A stretch of 64,000 nucleotides of DNA from Paraspadella gotoi (lineage: Eukaryota > Animalia > Chaetognatha): assembly GCA_051294375.1 (NCBI GenBank), contig CM119270.1, forward strand, positions 8,111,063 through 8,175,062, written 5' to 3'. The position numbers and the translations under genes are program-made. Under the pieces are notes generated by a model. The model saw only the letters and a program-made list of their open reading frames with translations, was not told where the DNA came from and did not search any database. Shown here piece after piece: positions 13,312 to 36,355 of the stretch. The number at the start of each line of letters is the position of its first letter. The first letter of the stretch is position 1.

Positions 13312-14111
13312 AGAGAGGAGAGAGAGAGAGAGAGGAGAGTTTGAAAACGTCGGCATCCTGTTTCTTTTCAAGTCGACGATCACATTCCGCTCGATTCCTC
13401 GCCTTCCGTTCGGTGAATCTGTGAAGCTCCTTTCACCCAGGGTCCTTCACGTTCTTCACCTCGATGATATGTTACTCACTGGAAAGACTATCACTGTGAT
13501 GTCTCTTTTTTAGGAGGAAATTACTTCGTCGTCCATCTCTTATCTTTTTTCTGGAGTTATTCACTAGGATTTTTCACTAGTATTTCCATAACAAAAATAT
13601 TTCATTGAAAAGGGAATTAGGATTTAGAGCAGAAAAAGAAGAGTAAGAGAAAAGAAAGAAACGAAAATGACAAATGAAAGTCTTTTAAAAGGAGAAAAAA
13701 AAAGTAACAAAATCAAAATATAATCATTGAAGGAAACAAAGAATGGCAGTACGTAGGATGAATAAATTAAACCAAAACTTTTTTCTATACATAAGATGTT
13801 TAAACGAGATAAGAATTGATAACCCAACTTGCAGAGATGAAAAAAATATAAAATGGGAAAAAGAAAGGTACAAGATAAGAAAAGAACCAATATCCTTTAC
13901 TGTTGTCGAAAAATATTGACGTACAGCTTCAAGTCTAAATTTGGAAAAGAGGAAAAGAGGATGTGAGAGGAAACGGCCAACGGGTCGTCGAAGAAACTTG
14001 AAAACCCGAGAGAGGTCGCGACGAAGGTTGGAATCTCGGCGGATGTGAAAATCCGGGCTCGTAAGAAAAGGGAGGTGTCACTCTTGGAGGGGACGGAACC
14101 CAGGGAGCGAG

Positions 14112-14199
<88 letters not shown>

Positions 14200-14708
14200 G
14201 AGCAGTAGGGCACAAGAAAATGTAAGCCATGTGAATCCTGGCTTCCAACGACCAGGTGCTGAACCAAATGGTCTCTTGGTGGTGTTGTTGGTGTCGGCCT
14301 GAATTGGTTTGTGTGTGATGTGTTGTTGTCGGCCTATTGGTTGTTGGTGGGTCGGCCTGATTGGCCAAATCCAAAAAAGCAGTGACAGTACAATTTATAT
14401 GAAATGAGTAATACTCCTTGCGGCGTTTCTGTTTCCCCATAGACTCGACGCTGTTACAAATACGATCTTAAACACAAGAAGAAACACAAAGAAAACTAAG
14501 AACAACAACAGTTTTTTTTTTCGTCTCATGTTCTCTCTCTGTTTTTCGCCTTCTTTCTCTACGAATGCCAAAATTTCTTTATTTTCCCTTTTTTTTCATT
14601 TTCGAGTTTTTATGCTTTCTCTCCTTTGTGTTAACTAATTCTTTTTATTTGGCCAATGCGCTGGAATAATCTTGAACCTTTCACTACACTAAATTCTACG
14701 AAAAAAAC

Positions 14709-14757
<49 letters not shown>

Positions 14758-14763
14758 CCTCCT

Positions 14764-14806
<43 letters not shown>

Positions 14807-14877
14807 TCTCCTCTCTCTCTCTTCTCTCCTCTCTCTCCTCTCTCTCTACTCTCTCACTCTCTCTCCTCTTCTCTATC
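8347..14877 (-). repeat. Left arm of giant inverted repeat (~6.5 kb)
   Basis: ATGGTTAACGATCTATCTCTCCTAATTG at 8347 is the reverse complement of ...GAGATAGATCGTTAACCAT ending at 21179. Collinear reverse-complement identity continues inward to the CT tract and the 25-N gap at 14878-14902. Confidence 0.95.
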
Positions 14878-14902
14878 NNNNNNNNNNNNNNNNNNNNNNN
14901 NN
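14878..14902. other. 25-N assembly gap (others: 5354-5378, 33672-33696 and 44008-44032, all 25 N; 7424-7442, 33849-34002, 34406-34415)
   Basis: Counted from the sequence. Confidence 0.98.
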
Positions 14903-24407
<9,505 letters not shown>

Positions 24408-24421
24408 GCAAGAGAGAGAAT

Positions 24422-25550
24422 CCGGTTCCGATCCCCCCTCAAAGAGTGACACCTCCCTTTCTTAACGAGTCCCGGGATTTTCACATCCGCCGAGAAATTC
24501 CAACCTTCGTCGCGACTCTCTCCGGGTTTCAAGTTTCTTCGACGCACGCGTTAGCCGTTCTTACAATCTCTTTTCCTTACTTTTCCAAATTTGACTGGAA
24601 TGCTCGACGGTCAATTTTTTTGACACCAAGTTAAAGGATAATTGTGTTTCTTTTCGGTAATCTTTTACTTTCTTTTTCCCCATTTATTTTTTTTTTCTCG
24701 CAGTTTGGTTATAATATTCTTATCTTGTTTAAACACTTATGCCTATAGAAAAAAGTTTTGGGTTTATTTATTTCCATCCTACGTACTCCCGCCATTCTTA
24801 TGTTTCCTTCAATGATTATGATTTTATTTTGTTCTTTTTTCTCCTTTTTAACGATTTCAATTTGTATTTTCGTTTCTTTCTTTTCTCTCCTTATCTCTCT
24901 TCTCTTATCCTAATCCCCTTTCAATGAAAATCATTTTTGTTATGGAAATACTAGTGGAAAACATCTAGTGAATAACTCCAGAAAAAGACTAAAGAAGATG
25001 GACGACGAAAGTAATTTCCTCACTAAAAAAGAGACATCACAGTGATAGTTTTCCAGTGAGGATACATCACATCGAGTGAAGAAACGTGAAGAGACCCTGG
25101 TGAAAGGAGCTTCAGAACATGATTCACCGAACGGAAGGGTCCGAGGATCAGGGAATGGTGAATCGTGACTTTGAAAAGAAACAGGATGCGCGACGTTGTT
25201 CACAAACTCTCTCTCTCTCACTCACATCACTCACATCACTCTTACTCTCTCTCTCTCTGGATAAATTAAACTGTAAATTTTAATACACGTAAAGATGATG
25301 AATATATTAAAACATGTTTATAGGGACGAGGATTATTCTTTTTAATCACTCGTCGTTGAGAACGTGCTATGGGCCGAGCAATTAGCGCCCAGGTGAAGAC
25401 GAGATAAGTCAACGTGATTCGCGGATTTTAAAACACGTGAACAGGAGTTGTGAGTCACGTGATAATTGAAGAGCTTCTCTCGCTACCGAGAGTTCAGGCT
25501 GTCGCGAAGGTAGACGCAAAGAGAGAGAGGCGCTTCGTGGGAGGGATATG

Positions 25551-25593
<43 letters not shown>

Positions 25594-26675
25594 GAGCGAG
25601 AGAGAAATGAAAAATTTAATAAAATAATAATTATATTACCCATGTTTTTTAAAAATGTGGTCTCTATCAACTAATTTGGGAAATATATTACTAAAAATTC
25701 ATTCACTGCATGAAAGAATGAACCGAAAATATAGCTTAGAGGGTCGCGTTCACGCAACGTTTTTTTGTGAAAAAAAAAGAGAGGCTTTTGCTCAGTATGA
25801 GGTTCCTTTTCTCTCAAGGTGAGAAGAGATTAAAGAAAAGAGGAAAAAAATGCCGGTAGCATTGAGAAACAAAAAACGTTGTGGAATTCTCTCGCTCTCT
25901 CTCATCTCATCTCTCTCTCTTCCACACAATATAAGTACATTTCTAGTCTTTGCTTTTCATTTTCTTCCCCTTTTCCCTTTTCTCCCATGCCGATAACCAC
26001 AAACGCGTCCATTGTTTCATCCCTCTGAGCGTTCTGAGAACAATCCCTGTGCCCGTGGTTTCTTTATGCAAAACCACGAGCATTTTTTGCCCACTATTTC
26101 TCATAGGCAATTACACTCTTTAACCATGCCATAATTTTATTGTATTATTCTTTCTCGTTAATTTCTTGCTTCACAATAATAGTTATTCTCTTTTCTTTTT
26201 TTATAATATTATAGAGAAACAACAATAAAGGTAAACAATATAAAATTTACAAAAAAGTTTGTAAAAAAAAAAGAAAAAAAAGAAAGAAGAAAATGAAACT
26301 GACTGAGGCCTAATATATTTTTAACGTCTTTCTGGCGAACAATTGAGAGCGAGACTCTTGTCAATGAATCCAATGTCTTTTAAGTGTTAACCTCCGGTTT
26401 CTCTCTTTTTCCTTCCTTGTCCCTAAATTTAGTCTTATTTTGTAAAACGGAGTCTTCCACCAAGAGTTTAACTCAAAATGAGAGCCTCTCTCTCTCTCTC
26501 CCTCTTCTCTCTTCCTCTCTCACTCTCTCTCTCTCTCATCTCTCGTCACTACTCTGCTCCTTCTCTCCTGTCTCTCCTGTTTTTTCTATTTTTTATTCCT
26601 CTACATTCGCTCGTCAATGGAAACTGTTGGCTGGACGGTCGGTAGACTTTTCTTAAATCCCGAAACGAGAGAGTT

Positions 26676-26732
<57 letters not shown>

Positions 26733-28312
26733 AGATCTTTTCCCTTCCGTTTTAGGAGACGTTTTGCCGATAGAGATGAATTGATGTTTTCAAGTCATCT
26801 ATTTCCTGACGTAGAGCAGTGAAATGAACAGACGCCGTTTATTGAATAACAAATGTGAAAAAATTTAAGTGATAAATGATAGAATGACAAACAAAATTAA
26901 ATAAGTCAACAAATATTAGCGTGACCTGAAATTAAATGAATGACTTTAAATACAGTAAACAAAATTTAAGTATATTCGCTAAAGTATTAGTTTTGATTTT
27001 CCCAATTTTTGCAAAGCAAAAATCAACTTGATATAAATCAGAATTATAAAACCGAACTAAAACCCACTTGTCAAAATGGCACATCAGTGTGAAATTGCTT
27101 CTTCCTCTTTACAATCTCTCTCTCTCTCTTTCTCTGCTCTTCTTCTCTTTCGTCTCTCTGTCCCTTTTTTTTGTCCTCTCTCTGTCCCTATATAAAAGAC
27201 CTTAAAATACAGTGTGAAAGCCTGAAATGCAAAAGGTAAGACGGGCAAAGAAATAAGAATCTTGAAGTTGAGCGAGAATAAAAGAAATAAAGTGTTTTCA
27301 AAACGCCGGATACAACGGTAGCTATATGTTTGACGATGAGGAAATGTTTAGGACTTAAAATAAATTCCTTCAGACAAGCTTTCTCTCTTTTCGGTCATTT
27401 TTGCAATTTTGTACAGAATATAAACATTTTAAAAAAACGTTATAAAAAAGTTTTAAAATTTCTAGATTAAATTTAAAATAACTCTGGCCGTTGGTTAAAT
27501 CTCGACAACCCACTCTGGACGCTCATTTAGCGAAAGAACCAAAAGAACTTCATCCTTTTTCTCAGTTTTTCGATCACAAGTGTTTATACAATTTTTAAAA
27601 AAAAAGTCAAGTCGCCTCTATTTCTTGGCGAATTCCGGTGGTGGTTGAGATGGGCGATCGTTGGTGTTAGTTGGTGGGTTGTGGTTGGTGGTTGGTCGGC
27701 GTATACGACGAGGTGAGATGGTGTCAGAGCAATCCAGATGTGTTTAACTGATTTCTTTGACTCGATTCAAGCTAAAGATTAAAGAGACAAAAATAAGATA
27801 TAGAACAAGAGAGAGGAACGAATAAGAGAGGCAGTGAATGATGTTTTTTTCAAAAATTTTAATAGAGCGGTAAAAGACCGGAGAAGGATTATGGAAACAG
27901 AGTGAAACGGACATGGAAACGCAATGAGCTTCAGTTTATTTGACAATTAGATGTTGAAAGCACGTATCTTTCTCCAACATTGAGGTTTCTCTCTCTTTGG
28001 ATGATTAACTTTCTTTTTTTTTATTTCTTTCCTTTCAACTTTTCTTGGGAAATTAATACTTGCTCTTCTTTCGTCATCGCTTTTCACTTTTTCTTCAAAA
28101 AAAAAAAAAAAAACGGAACCTTCCCACTAATTTGCTTCAACTTTTTCTTTCAACATTAATTCTTTCCACTTTTTGAAATATGATTAAGTGGAAGCCAGGA
28201 TGAGTGCATTGCTTGTAACCCGACACCCGACCACGAAAATGTATATTTCTCGGTGGCTTGATGAAAACGGGAGAGAACGAACGGCAAAGAGAGATAGAGT
28301 AAAAGTAAACAC

Positions 28313-28369
<57 letters not shown>

Positions 28370-31300
28370 AGAAAGAGAGAGAGAGAGAGAGGGAGAAGAG
28401 AGATTAAATAAAAGAAACCTAGCCAGAAAGAGATAACAGGAAGAGACAATGGAGTCAAAACGAGAAATTCGTAAATAAATTCCTCAAGCTATCATGGATA
28501 ATAATTTATGACTTGTTCAGAATGATGGCTTTCTTATCTTAAAAAAAAACGTTTTAAGATTAATAGCCGTGAAATTTTCTAACCTTAATTCTTTACTATT
28601 AGAAACTGTTTTTTTTTTTTGTTTTAAAAAAAGAAAAAATAAATAAAACATCTCGACAAGGGAAATAAAATGAAAGAAATGCTCTCTCTCTCTCTCTCAT
28701 CTCGTCTTTAAAAGTTTCATACTCCCCTTTTAAAGAGCAAAATACCGGTAACCGTTTATCCCTCGCAAAAATGAATAGTCGTGTTACAGCGAAGAAAAAA
28801 ATTAAAGAACATGTAGTTGAAAACTGAGAAGAATTCAAGAAACAATTTTTAGGGATGCAATTGCCAAAATAAAGCCATTGAAATTTACGGTGGAAACGTC
28901 CTCTACCTTCTTTCATCGTCTGGGGAGGCTTTCCTCATTCAAAATGAACCCACTGAGTCAGTAGGTGAGGATCGACACGAGGACCTTTCTTTCTGGAGTT
29001 TTACTTAAAACATCGTTCCCGAGCAAAAGAAGATAATAAAGTTGATTTTGGTGGAAAACTTTGTCGTTGAGGGAAAATTCAGAATCAGGTTTAATAATTG
29101 TTGAACGATTTAAAAAATACAAAAGTATTGTCTCGCGCATGTTATCTTCAATGAAGAGTGGGATTTTTTGTCGATCTTCATAAACTTTATAGTAATCACA
29201 AAGGCACGAAATGTGATGGCGAATTTACGTCAATTTTCAGCGGTTAAAGTCAAGTCAATGTGGTTTATTACCCAATGAAGGTTTTTTTTTAATCTCATAG
29301 ACTTCGAAACACTGAGTGACTGACCTTAATGAAATTCCTTAACGACTTCTTATCGAATTGGAAGATCGGACCCTGAATCGGAACACTCGAGATGTAATTT
29401 AGTTGTACTCCGTTAATAGCATGACAGGAATAATAAATTCTCCGAATCGAATGTTTACCAAATTAATTTTCCCATTTTTAAATATGTTATTTAATGGTAA
29501 ATAGGTGGTCCGGAAGATAATAAATCTAATTTCAAAAGAAATCGGATATGATTCATTTTCCCGTCAGACCGCTCGTCTTCGCCCCACACCGGAAAAAAAA
29601 AGAAAAAATAACCCGATTTTGGCCAGACTATTCTTATATCTCTGTCGCAAGATTAAATCAAAAGTCAGGAAACAGAATGTACAAAAACCCTTACACTAAT
29701 TAAACGCAACGTTCGTACAAAATAACTACTGATCCAGTAGGTCTTAATAGGGAAAATCGATTCGCGAAAGAAAAACTAATTAGCGCATAAATGCCCTCCA
29801 AGCCCAATTTACTTCTCTGTGAGGTTTCGCTCGGATTTTCCAAAGAAAAAAAAAATTTCGGATAAAGGTAAACGATCGTTCGAACGTCCGGAGTCTCGAA
29901 CCCGTCGAACGAATTTTATTCTTGGATTATGTAAAAATAAAGAATCGATTAAATTGATATTCGTTCTTAATTACGTATTTAGATTTGAGACTAGGTACAA
30001 TTAGGAGAGTAGATCGTTAAGCCACTTTACGAGCGTTTTTATCTAATCGGATTATAATTCCTTCCCGGGATAATTATGAATATTACATCCTCTCGTTCCG
30101 AGAGCAAAATAGGGTTCGGAAAAAAAAAAAAAAAAACTGTTCTTCACTACTACTTCATAGCCTTTTTTGACTGAGAGCCTATCTTTGCTAAATTATAAGA
30201 GTTTGAATAGAAAATTTTGTTTTTCCCCAGATTTTTTTAGATTATGGAGACTTCGGCATTCGAGAAGTTCCCATCGCATACAGATTTTTAACTTCGCGAA
30301 CTAAAATAAAAATTCAATCGAGCAAGAGACGATGCTTGTATAATTCATTATTCCACCAAATTTATGCCCCCCGTGGAAACCGAAAACCCGATGCTTACTG
30401 CTCTTAAGTATTGGAGCATAAAGTGTATTCACGCCAAAAGACATGAATAGAAGCGAGGCGTAAATCTTATTTTCAAGAACATACCATAATAACATCGCGA
30501 CCCGTAATTAGTTGCGAACATGGTTTGAATTTTTTTCGCTCCCCCAACAATTTTGCCTTTTTTTTTTTTAATTTATCGTCGGAGACTTTTGTAGTGCAAA
30601 TGTTTTCAGTTTTTGACATCCTCGTTCGAAATCCTTATTAAATTTACTGGGGAAATAGCTTGTGCCTACGGGAGAACAGTTTTCGGTTAAATTAGAAGAA
30701 GAAGAAAAAAGGAGGCCTTTAAGCACTTAAATATCGAACGGGTTAATTGAGGTCACCGCGAGAGCAAAGTTCGAGCCACTCATATTCCTGTCACATTTTG
30801 AAAACTGGTCGGAAGGAAGTTCAAGAACGCAGCTCGTCCAGTCTCTTTCTCGTCGTTCCTCGAGAACAGTCTGCGCGATGTCGTCTTTCGGAAGTCGTCT
30901 CTTTGGATGTTTATTCAATAGAAAAGTAGAAGCAAGTAAGTAAGAAAAAAATTTATTTATTTCTGTATTTTTTAAACCACCAACTTTCCCCTGACTCGAG
31001 CGTCCAAAAATGAATGCGGGAGGGAAGTGGAGAATAAGTATAAAGCAGAAATCAAAGCCAACGTAATCCGATGTCCGATTCGATTAAATAGAGCTTTTGA
31101 CGCTTTTAAAAAATGTCATCCGGTAAAAAGGCTTAAAATAAGTATTTTAAGTTTTTTTTTTATCTGTAATCCAGGCGCCTTTTTTATCTTATTTTATTTT
31201 CAAACAACCGATATCCCGATTATCTTGACTCTAATATACTTTTTGGGTCGTCAGTTATGTAGGGACATATTTTTCATTAATTTTTGAAAATTGAATAATT

Positions 31301-31601
31301 TTCAGAATAGAATAAGGATTCAGGTTTTGTTTCTCTTTTTTTTAAGACTCTCCTCTCTAACGTCTCTCTTACTTTTATTGAATGAGTCAATGCAGTTTTT
31401 AAAAAAATCAATGAGAAAAATTAATTTTTGAGACTGAGTTCACCATAGTTTTGAATGAAGACTCGATCAAAATTATTTTCCGTGTTCTTTATGATCTTAT
31501 CAACATTTTTTCCAATTTTTAAACTTCGATAGTAAATTGGTTCGGCATGATTGATCTGTCTATACCATGATAAAATATTCATTACATTTTCTACTCTCCT
31601 C

Positions 31602-31633
<32 letters not shown>

Positions 31634-32323
31634 ATCATCTATCTCTCCTCCTCTCTCTCTCTCTCCCACTCGCTCGGGGTCTCTGCGCGTAATAAATGAC
31701 GCTCACTAGGCTCTAATTATAGATTCCCCTTAATGATCGACTCGCGCCATTCAAAGAGGGGGGAGGGCAGCAGAACGAGAGAAAAAAAGAACGCAAAAAG
31801 TAAAAAAAGTACATAAAAAATGACTAAGTCAATCCTCGTAGCGATTTGAAGAGAGAGAATATTCTACGCCTTGTCGTCTTTGTAGTTATAGATGTCAGTT
31901 TTTGCTCCTCTTATACAGGCTTTAATAATTTTACGCGGTAGTGGAACCAACATTTTTTTTATTTGCTGGAGCGGTTTTGAAAAAGAAAGTTCATCATAAG
32001 GTTGAAACCAAGTTCTCAGTTGTCGAATCTGCTGCAACAAATGCCAAAGTTTATCTTTCCCAACGAAATACCTACTTTTAAATGCTTTTTAGAATTTAAT
32101 CGTGGTTTTATTTAGTTTCAAATCAATCATTTCACACTTTGTGCGCGTCATCGCGACCCTCACCTTCGCGCCCCCGGTGATTTTCCCGCGTGATATCGTC
32201 TAAATTTTATATTTGAAAAAGCTTTCTTTGGAAAAAACATATTTAAACGACGCGGAGATGAGAGAGAGAGAGAAGAGAGAGAGAGAGGGAGAGAGAGGGG
32301 AGAGAAGAAAGAGAGAACGAGAG

Positions 32324-32357
<34 letters not shown>

Positions 32358-33372
32358 GAGAGGAAAGAGCAGAAGGATGAAGAGGACAATCCTGCTGTTT
32401 TGATCTACCTTTAATCTTCACACGAATTTGGTCCCCGGTTCGTCGTCGTCGTCGTCTCGTCGTCCGTCGTGGTGTCGTCTCCCTCTAAACGCAGACGCGC
32501 ATCGCTCTGATGGGAAATAGTGGCATAGTTTGGCTCCCGCCCCGGAGTTAGTGTCTCAAGTCTTGGGCCTTCCTCTTTTTGAACTAAAAGATCTAGTCGT
32601 TCTTTTTTCGTTATTCCTAAGTACATCGCGTGAATAGAGGAATGTTTTATATTTTTTTCTTATATATATATTTTTTTTACTTTTCTTCCATTTTTTTTTT
32701 CTTCACTGCAGCTTTAAGACTATTGTCAGTAATTTGCATTTTCGTACGATTTCCGTTATCTTCATTCTTTCACTTAAATTTCGATTATCAATCAAAGAAA
32801 GCATCTTTCCGTCACGACGCTTCCGTTAATTGAATCGGAGAAATCACAATGATCAATTTACTGATCGATGTCCATTGTTCTTTCTTTTCCCTCCTGTCAC
32901 ACGACTAAGAATGTTCCTAATCACTGCCAGTTCAAACTGCAATTCCTCAATTGTTGAAGATTGTGTCGTCACCATATTTCTGCATCACGTCAAAATACTC
33001 AATGTCTTAAATGTTCTGATCCAATATTCTATCCTTATTAACTACCTCTGCTTCTATTTAGTGACACAACAAAATACTTTTCAATTCCTGCTTTGACTCC
33101 AATCATCGTCGTCAATTTGTTCAATTTATTATTATGTCACCGTCTTCCGTCGTCATGTCGAGTCGCCGTTCACGATCCGTCGCATCTGTCGGTGTGGCGT
33201 AGTCGTTGCCATCGTCCGTCGCCACTCCCGGTAGACAAACACGTGTAAGATGTTGCATGTGCTCCCACTTCGATCCCCGGGTGCACGATAGTCTACCGGG
33301 GGTCACAGGATAACAGGTCACAGAGGGCAGATTCGAAAACTACCACAGGGGGTCAGAAGAAGATCACCCAAA
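24422..33372. repeat. ~9-kb tandem direct duplication, copy 2 (indel-rich)
   Basis: Collinear with 15465-24407, with dense 1-2-nt indels. It lacks the ~120 bp between CT tracts at ~16250-16370. Confidence 0.95.
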
Positions 33373-33492
33373 GGTCACGGGGTGGGCAAAGGTGGGCAAA
33401 GAGGGAGGCGAGGGGCGCCGAGTAACACGCGTCGACCCGCCGATGGTGGGGGACTTTGATTTATTGGTGAGAGAGTAACAGAGAAGAGAGAG

Positions 33493-33567
<75 letters not shown>

Positions 33568-34002
33568 AGAGATTGGCTTATTTTCCGCTCAGATTATGAA
33601 CAGAAGATTTTGGGTCCCTTATCGTCTTCGTCGGTTAAAGTAATTTAAACTGATTCATGGACTCTCGGTCANNNNNNNNNNNNNNNNNNNNNNNNNATAC
33701 GAACCGATATTTAATTTTGACCTTGACCTTGGGAGAAACGAAGGAAAAAGCGAGAAAGATCATGACGAGAACTACGTCTACAACTACAAGACTCTCCTAG
33801 TCCATAACAAATCCGATCCCAGGGGGAACCTTTAATCACAGAGAGAGANNNNNNNNNNNNNNNNNNNNNNNNNNNNNNNNNNNNNNNNNNNNNNNNNNNN
33901 NNNNNNNNNNNNNNNNNNNNNNNNNNNNNNNNNNNNNNNNNNNNNNNNNNNNNNNNNNNNNNNNNNNNNNNNNNNNNNNNNNNNNNNNNNNNNNNNNNNN
34001 NN

Positions 34003-34034
<32 letters not shown>

Positions 34035-34159
34035 AAAAGTGAGTGAGTGAGTCAGTGATGCTTACTTTCAAATACGTGAAATTTAATGTCTCTCATAAAG
34101 AGTGAATTTTTTCCCACCGTTCACAACCTTCCTTGACACGCAAACGAAACGATGCCGCT

Positions 34160-34231
34160 TTCGATGTGAAAATCCCAAATCCCAAAACCCAAATCTCAAA
34201 TCCCAAATCTCGAATCCCAAATCCCAAATCT
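34160..34231. repeat. Heptamer tandem repeat (AAATCCC)n, ~10 degenerate units
   Basis: AAATCCC AAATCCC AAAACCC AAATCTC AAATCCC AAATCTC GAATCCC AAATCCC AAATC. Confidence 0.85.
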
Positions 34232-34415
34232 GAAATAAAAAGGAAACTCGATGCGGCCAAGTCGCTATTCCTCCAAGAAGATCATTTTGTTATGAAGACG
34301 ACGACGACGACGACGACGACGACGACCGTGGCTTCGCGAAGAGAAATAAAAATTATGTTTCCATTTAAAATTATTGACGTATAACTTCATATCATAATAA
34401 TTATANNNNNNNNNN

Positions 34416-34708
34416 ATCAAACTAACCCAAAGCAAAATCGGATTGAAGGATGGGACGATCTCCGCAGAATCGGAATCGTTGAATCATGATTGGTCAAAGG
34501 CGGAATCGGATTCGACCAATCAGCTTGCAGAACCAATGGAATTGTCAAAATGACTCTTGCCTTCGATCCTCCTCTCTAGATATAAATAGACCTAGCTTCC
34601 TTAGTTTCACTAGAATTGATCTGGACTTCTGCGTGTGTCTCACCGTCACCATTTTATTCTCAGAATAAATTTCGTTTTGATTCACATCGAAAACCCATGA
34701 GTTTTTCA
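34416..34708 (+). promoter_or_regulatory. LTR-like / Pol II promoter-like segment
   Basis: Three CCAAT/ATTGG boxes (~34489-34537), TATAAATA at 34581, an Inr-like TTAGTT about 20 nt later, AATAAA at ~34664, and a CA end at 34708 just before a tRNA-complementary TGG. The 5' end is hidden by an N gap. Confidence 0.35.
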
Positions 34709-34715
34709 TTAAATG

Positions 34716-34757
34716 TGGTGGCAGCGGTGAGATTCGAACCCACGCCTCCGAAGAGAC
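34716..34757 (-). tRNA. tRNA-Leu 3' half (variable arm, T arm, 3' acceptor strand) ending in CCA; a pseudogene or extended primer-binding site, not a complete gene
   Basis: Minus strand reads GTCTCTTCGGAGGCGTGGGTTCGAATCTCACCGCTGCCA+CCA, matching the remembered metazoan tRNA-Leu(AAG/TAG) 3' half. The D arm and anticodon are absent; a (TA)n tract lies in their place. Confidence 0.85.
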
Positions 34758-36081
34758 CGATATATATATAAATATATAAATATATATATATATAAACATT
34801 TAAAATCAGTAAAAATAAACAACAAAAACTATATGTTTAGGATCTTACTCCTGCATTATACTTCCACATTACGTCGTTGCCGAAAAAGAAATCAGTAAAT
34901 TTTACAAGACGATACAAAAAACCGTAAATCCAATGTGTCTTATCCCAGCGATCCCGTTAAAAAACCGGCACTAGTTAGTCTCACCTTTTTTCGTAAAATA
35001 TTTCTAGTTTAACGCGACAAGCTACAAGACATTTCTTGGTCTTCGACACCAAATTGACACTAAGTTGACACAAACGCAGCTAAACGACGATATTTTTTCG
35101 AGGCGAAATATTTCTGAGGCGAAAACTGGATCCGGCGAAAGGATCATTCGGAAGCCTCAATTACCCCAATTACTTTTTCCTTTTTCGTCGCCGCTGATTT
35201 TTCTTCTTTTTCTCTTTGTTTTTTTTTTTTTTAGTTCTGTTTGAGTTCTGTTTTATTTCACGCTGTGAAAACAACGGAGAATCGCGGAAATCGGTTTTCG
35301 TCACTGACACGGCGCGAGTGGCGCGTGGCAGGAGTTGGTGGTTCTTGGTGGTGGACGAGGTGGTGGTAATGACTAATGAGGGAGGTGGTTTCGATGGTGG
35401 CCGATTGTGGCGCTGACGGTTGTTTTCAAACTTTAGAATAAAATATGAAAATATTTTTAAGTTGAAATTTAAGCTTGAAATATTGTTTAAATGACATACT
35501 GAAAAACTATCTATCTTTTAGAAGGTTTCAAAATTTTAAATTCTAAATTTTTACAGTATTTCACTCTCCTTCTCCAGGAATTTGAGTTGGTCATTCGTTT
35601 CCGTCGACCCACCATCGTTTTCAAAGTCCTGTTTCTTTATCATTTACGATTCATTACGGTTTTCGCGGTTTCCTGTTATTATTAATCGTGGTCGTCATCG
35701 TCGTCGTCGGCGTCGTCGTCTTCTTCGTCGTCGTCGTCCTCCTCCTCCTCAAATCTCCGTCGCGTCTTTTGTTTCTTTCCCTAAAAACCGGAAACCATCG
35801 TCACGCCCTCCCGCGGCGAGAAGACTACGAGGCGGCCATCGAAAATAAAAGATCGGGGCGTTCCGAGATTTCTGTGGCGGGCCGACCACCTCCTTCTACA
35901 CAGAGGGGGGTTATGTGCTCCTCTCGGTGTCGGGCCGGGGGGGAAGAGATTGCCTGAGCCAGAGGGTGGCAACTGATTTGCGGCCACCCATGGGATTGCT
36001 GCTGTCGGGACGCGTGCTTTTGTTCGCGACGCAGTGGTGGAGCGGATGATCCAGGTTTTGGACCAGGGACTAAGCTGGACC

Positions 36082-36355
36082 GAAGAATGAGGTTGAGCAG
36101 ATGGCATCTCTTGTTGCAAAGAGGAGGAAGAATTGAGGTTGAGCAGATGGCATCTCTTGTTGCAGAGATTGAGGAAGAATGAGGTTGAGCAGATAGTGCA
36201 TCTCTTGTTGCAGAGATTGAGGAAGAATGAGGTTTGAGCCAGATGGCATCTCTTGTTGCAGAGATTGAGGAAGAATGAGTTGAGCAGATGGCATCTCTTG
36301 TTGCAGAGATTGAGGAAGAATGAGGTTGAGCAGATGGCATCTTTTTGGCAGAGAT
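36082..36355. repeat. ~46-bp minisatellite GAAGAATGAGGTTGAGCAGATGGCATCTCTTGTTGCAGAGATTGAG, ~6 copies
   Basis: Contiguous head-to-tail units with no spacers. Confidence 0.92.

Noticed and set aside
34716-34757. Functional tRNA-Leu gene
   Set aside because: The 5' half (5' acceptor strand, D arm, anticodon) is missing; reported only as a fragment.
36082-36355. CRISPR-like regular repeats (also 56495-57003, 58931-59165, 61880-62240)
   Set aside because: Units are head-to-tail with no unique spacers, there are no cas genes, and the context is eukaryotic.
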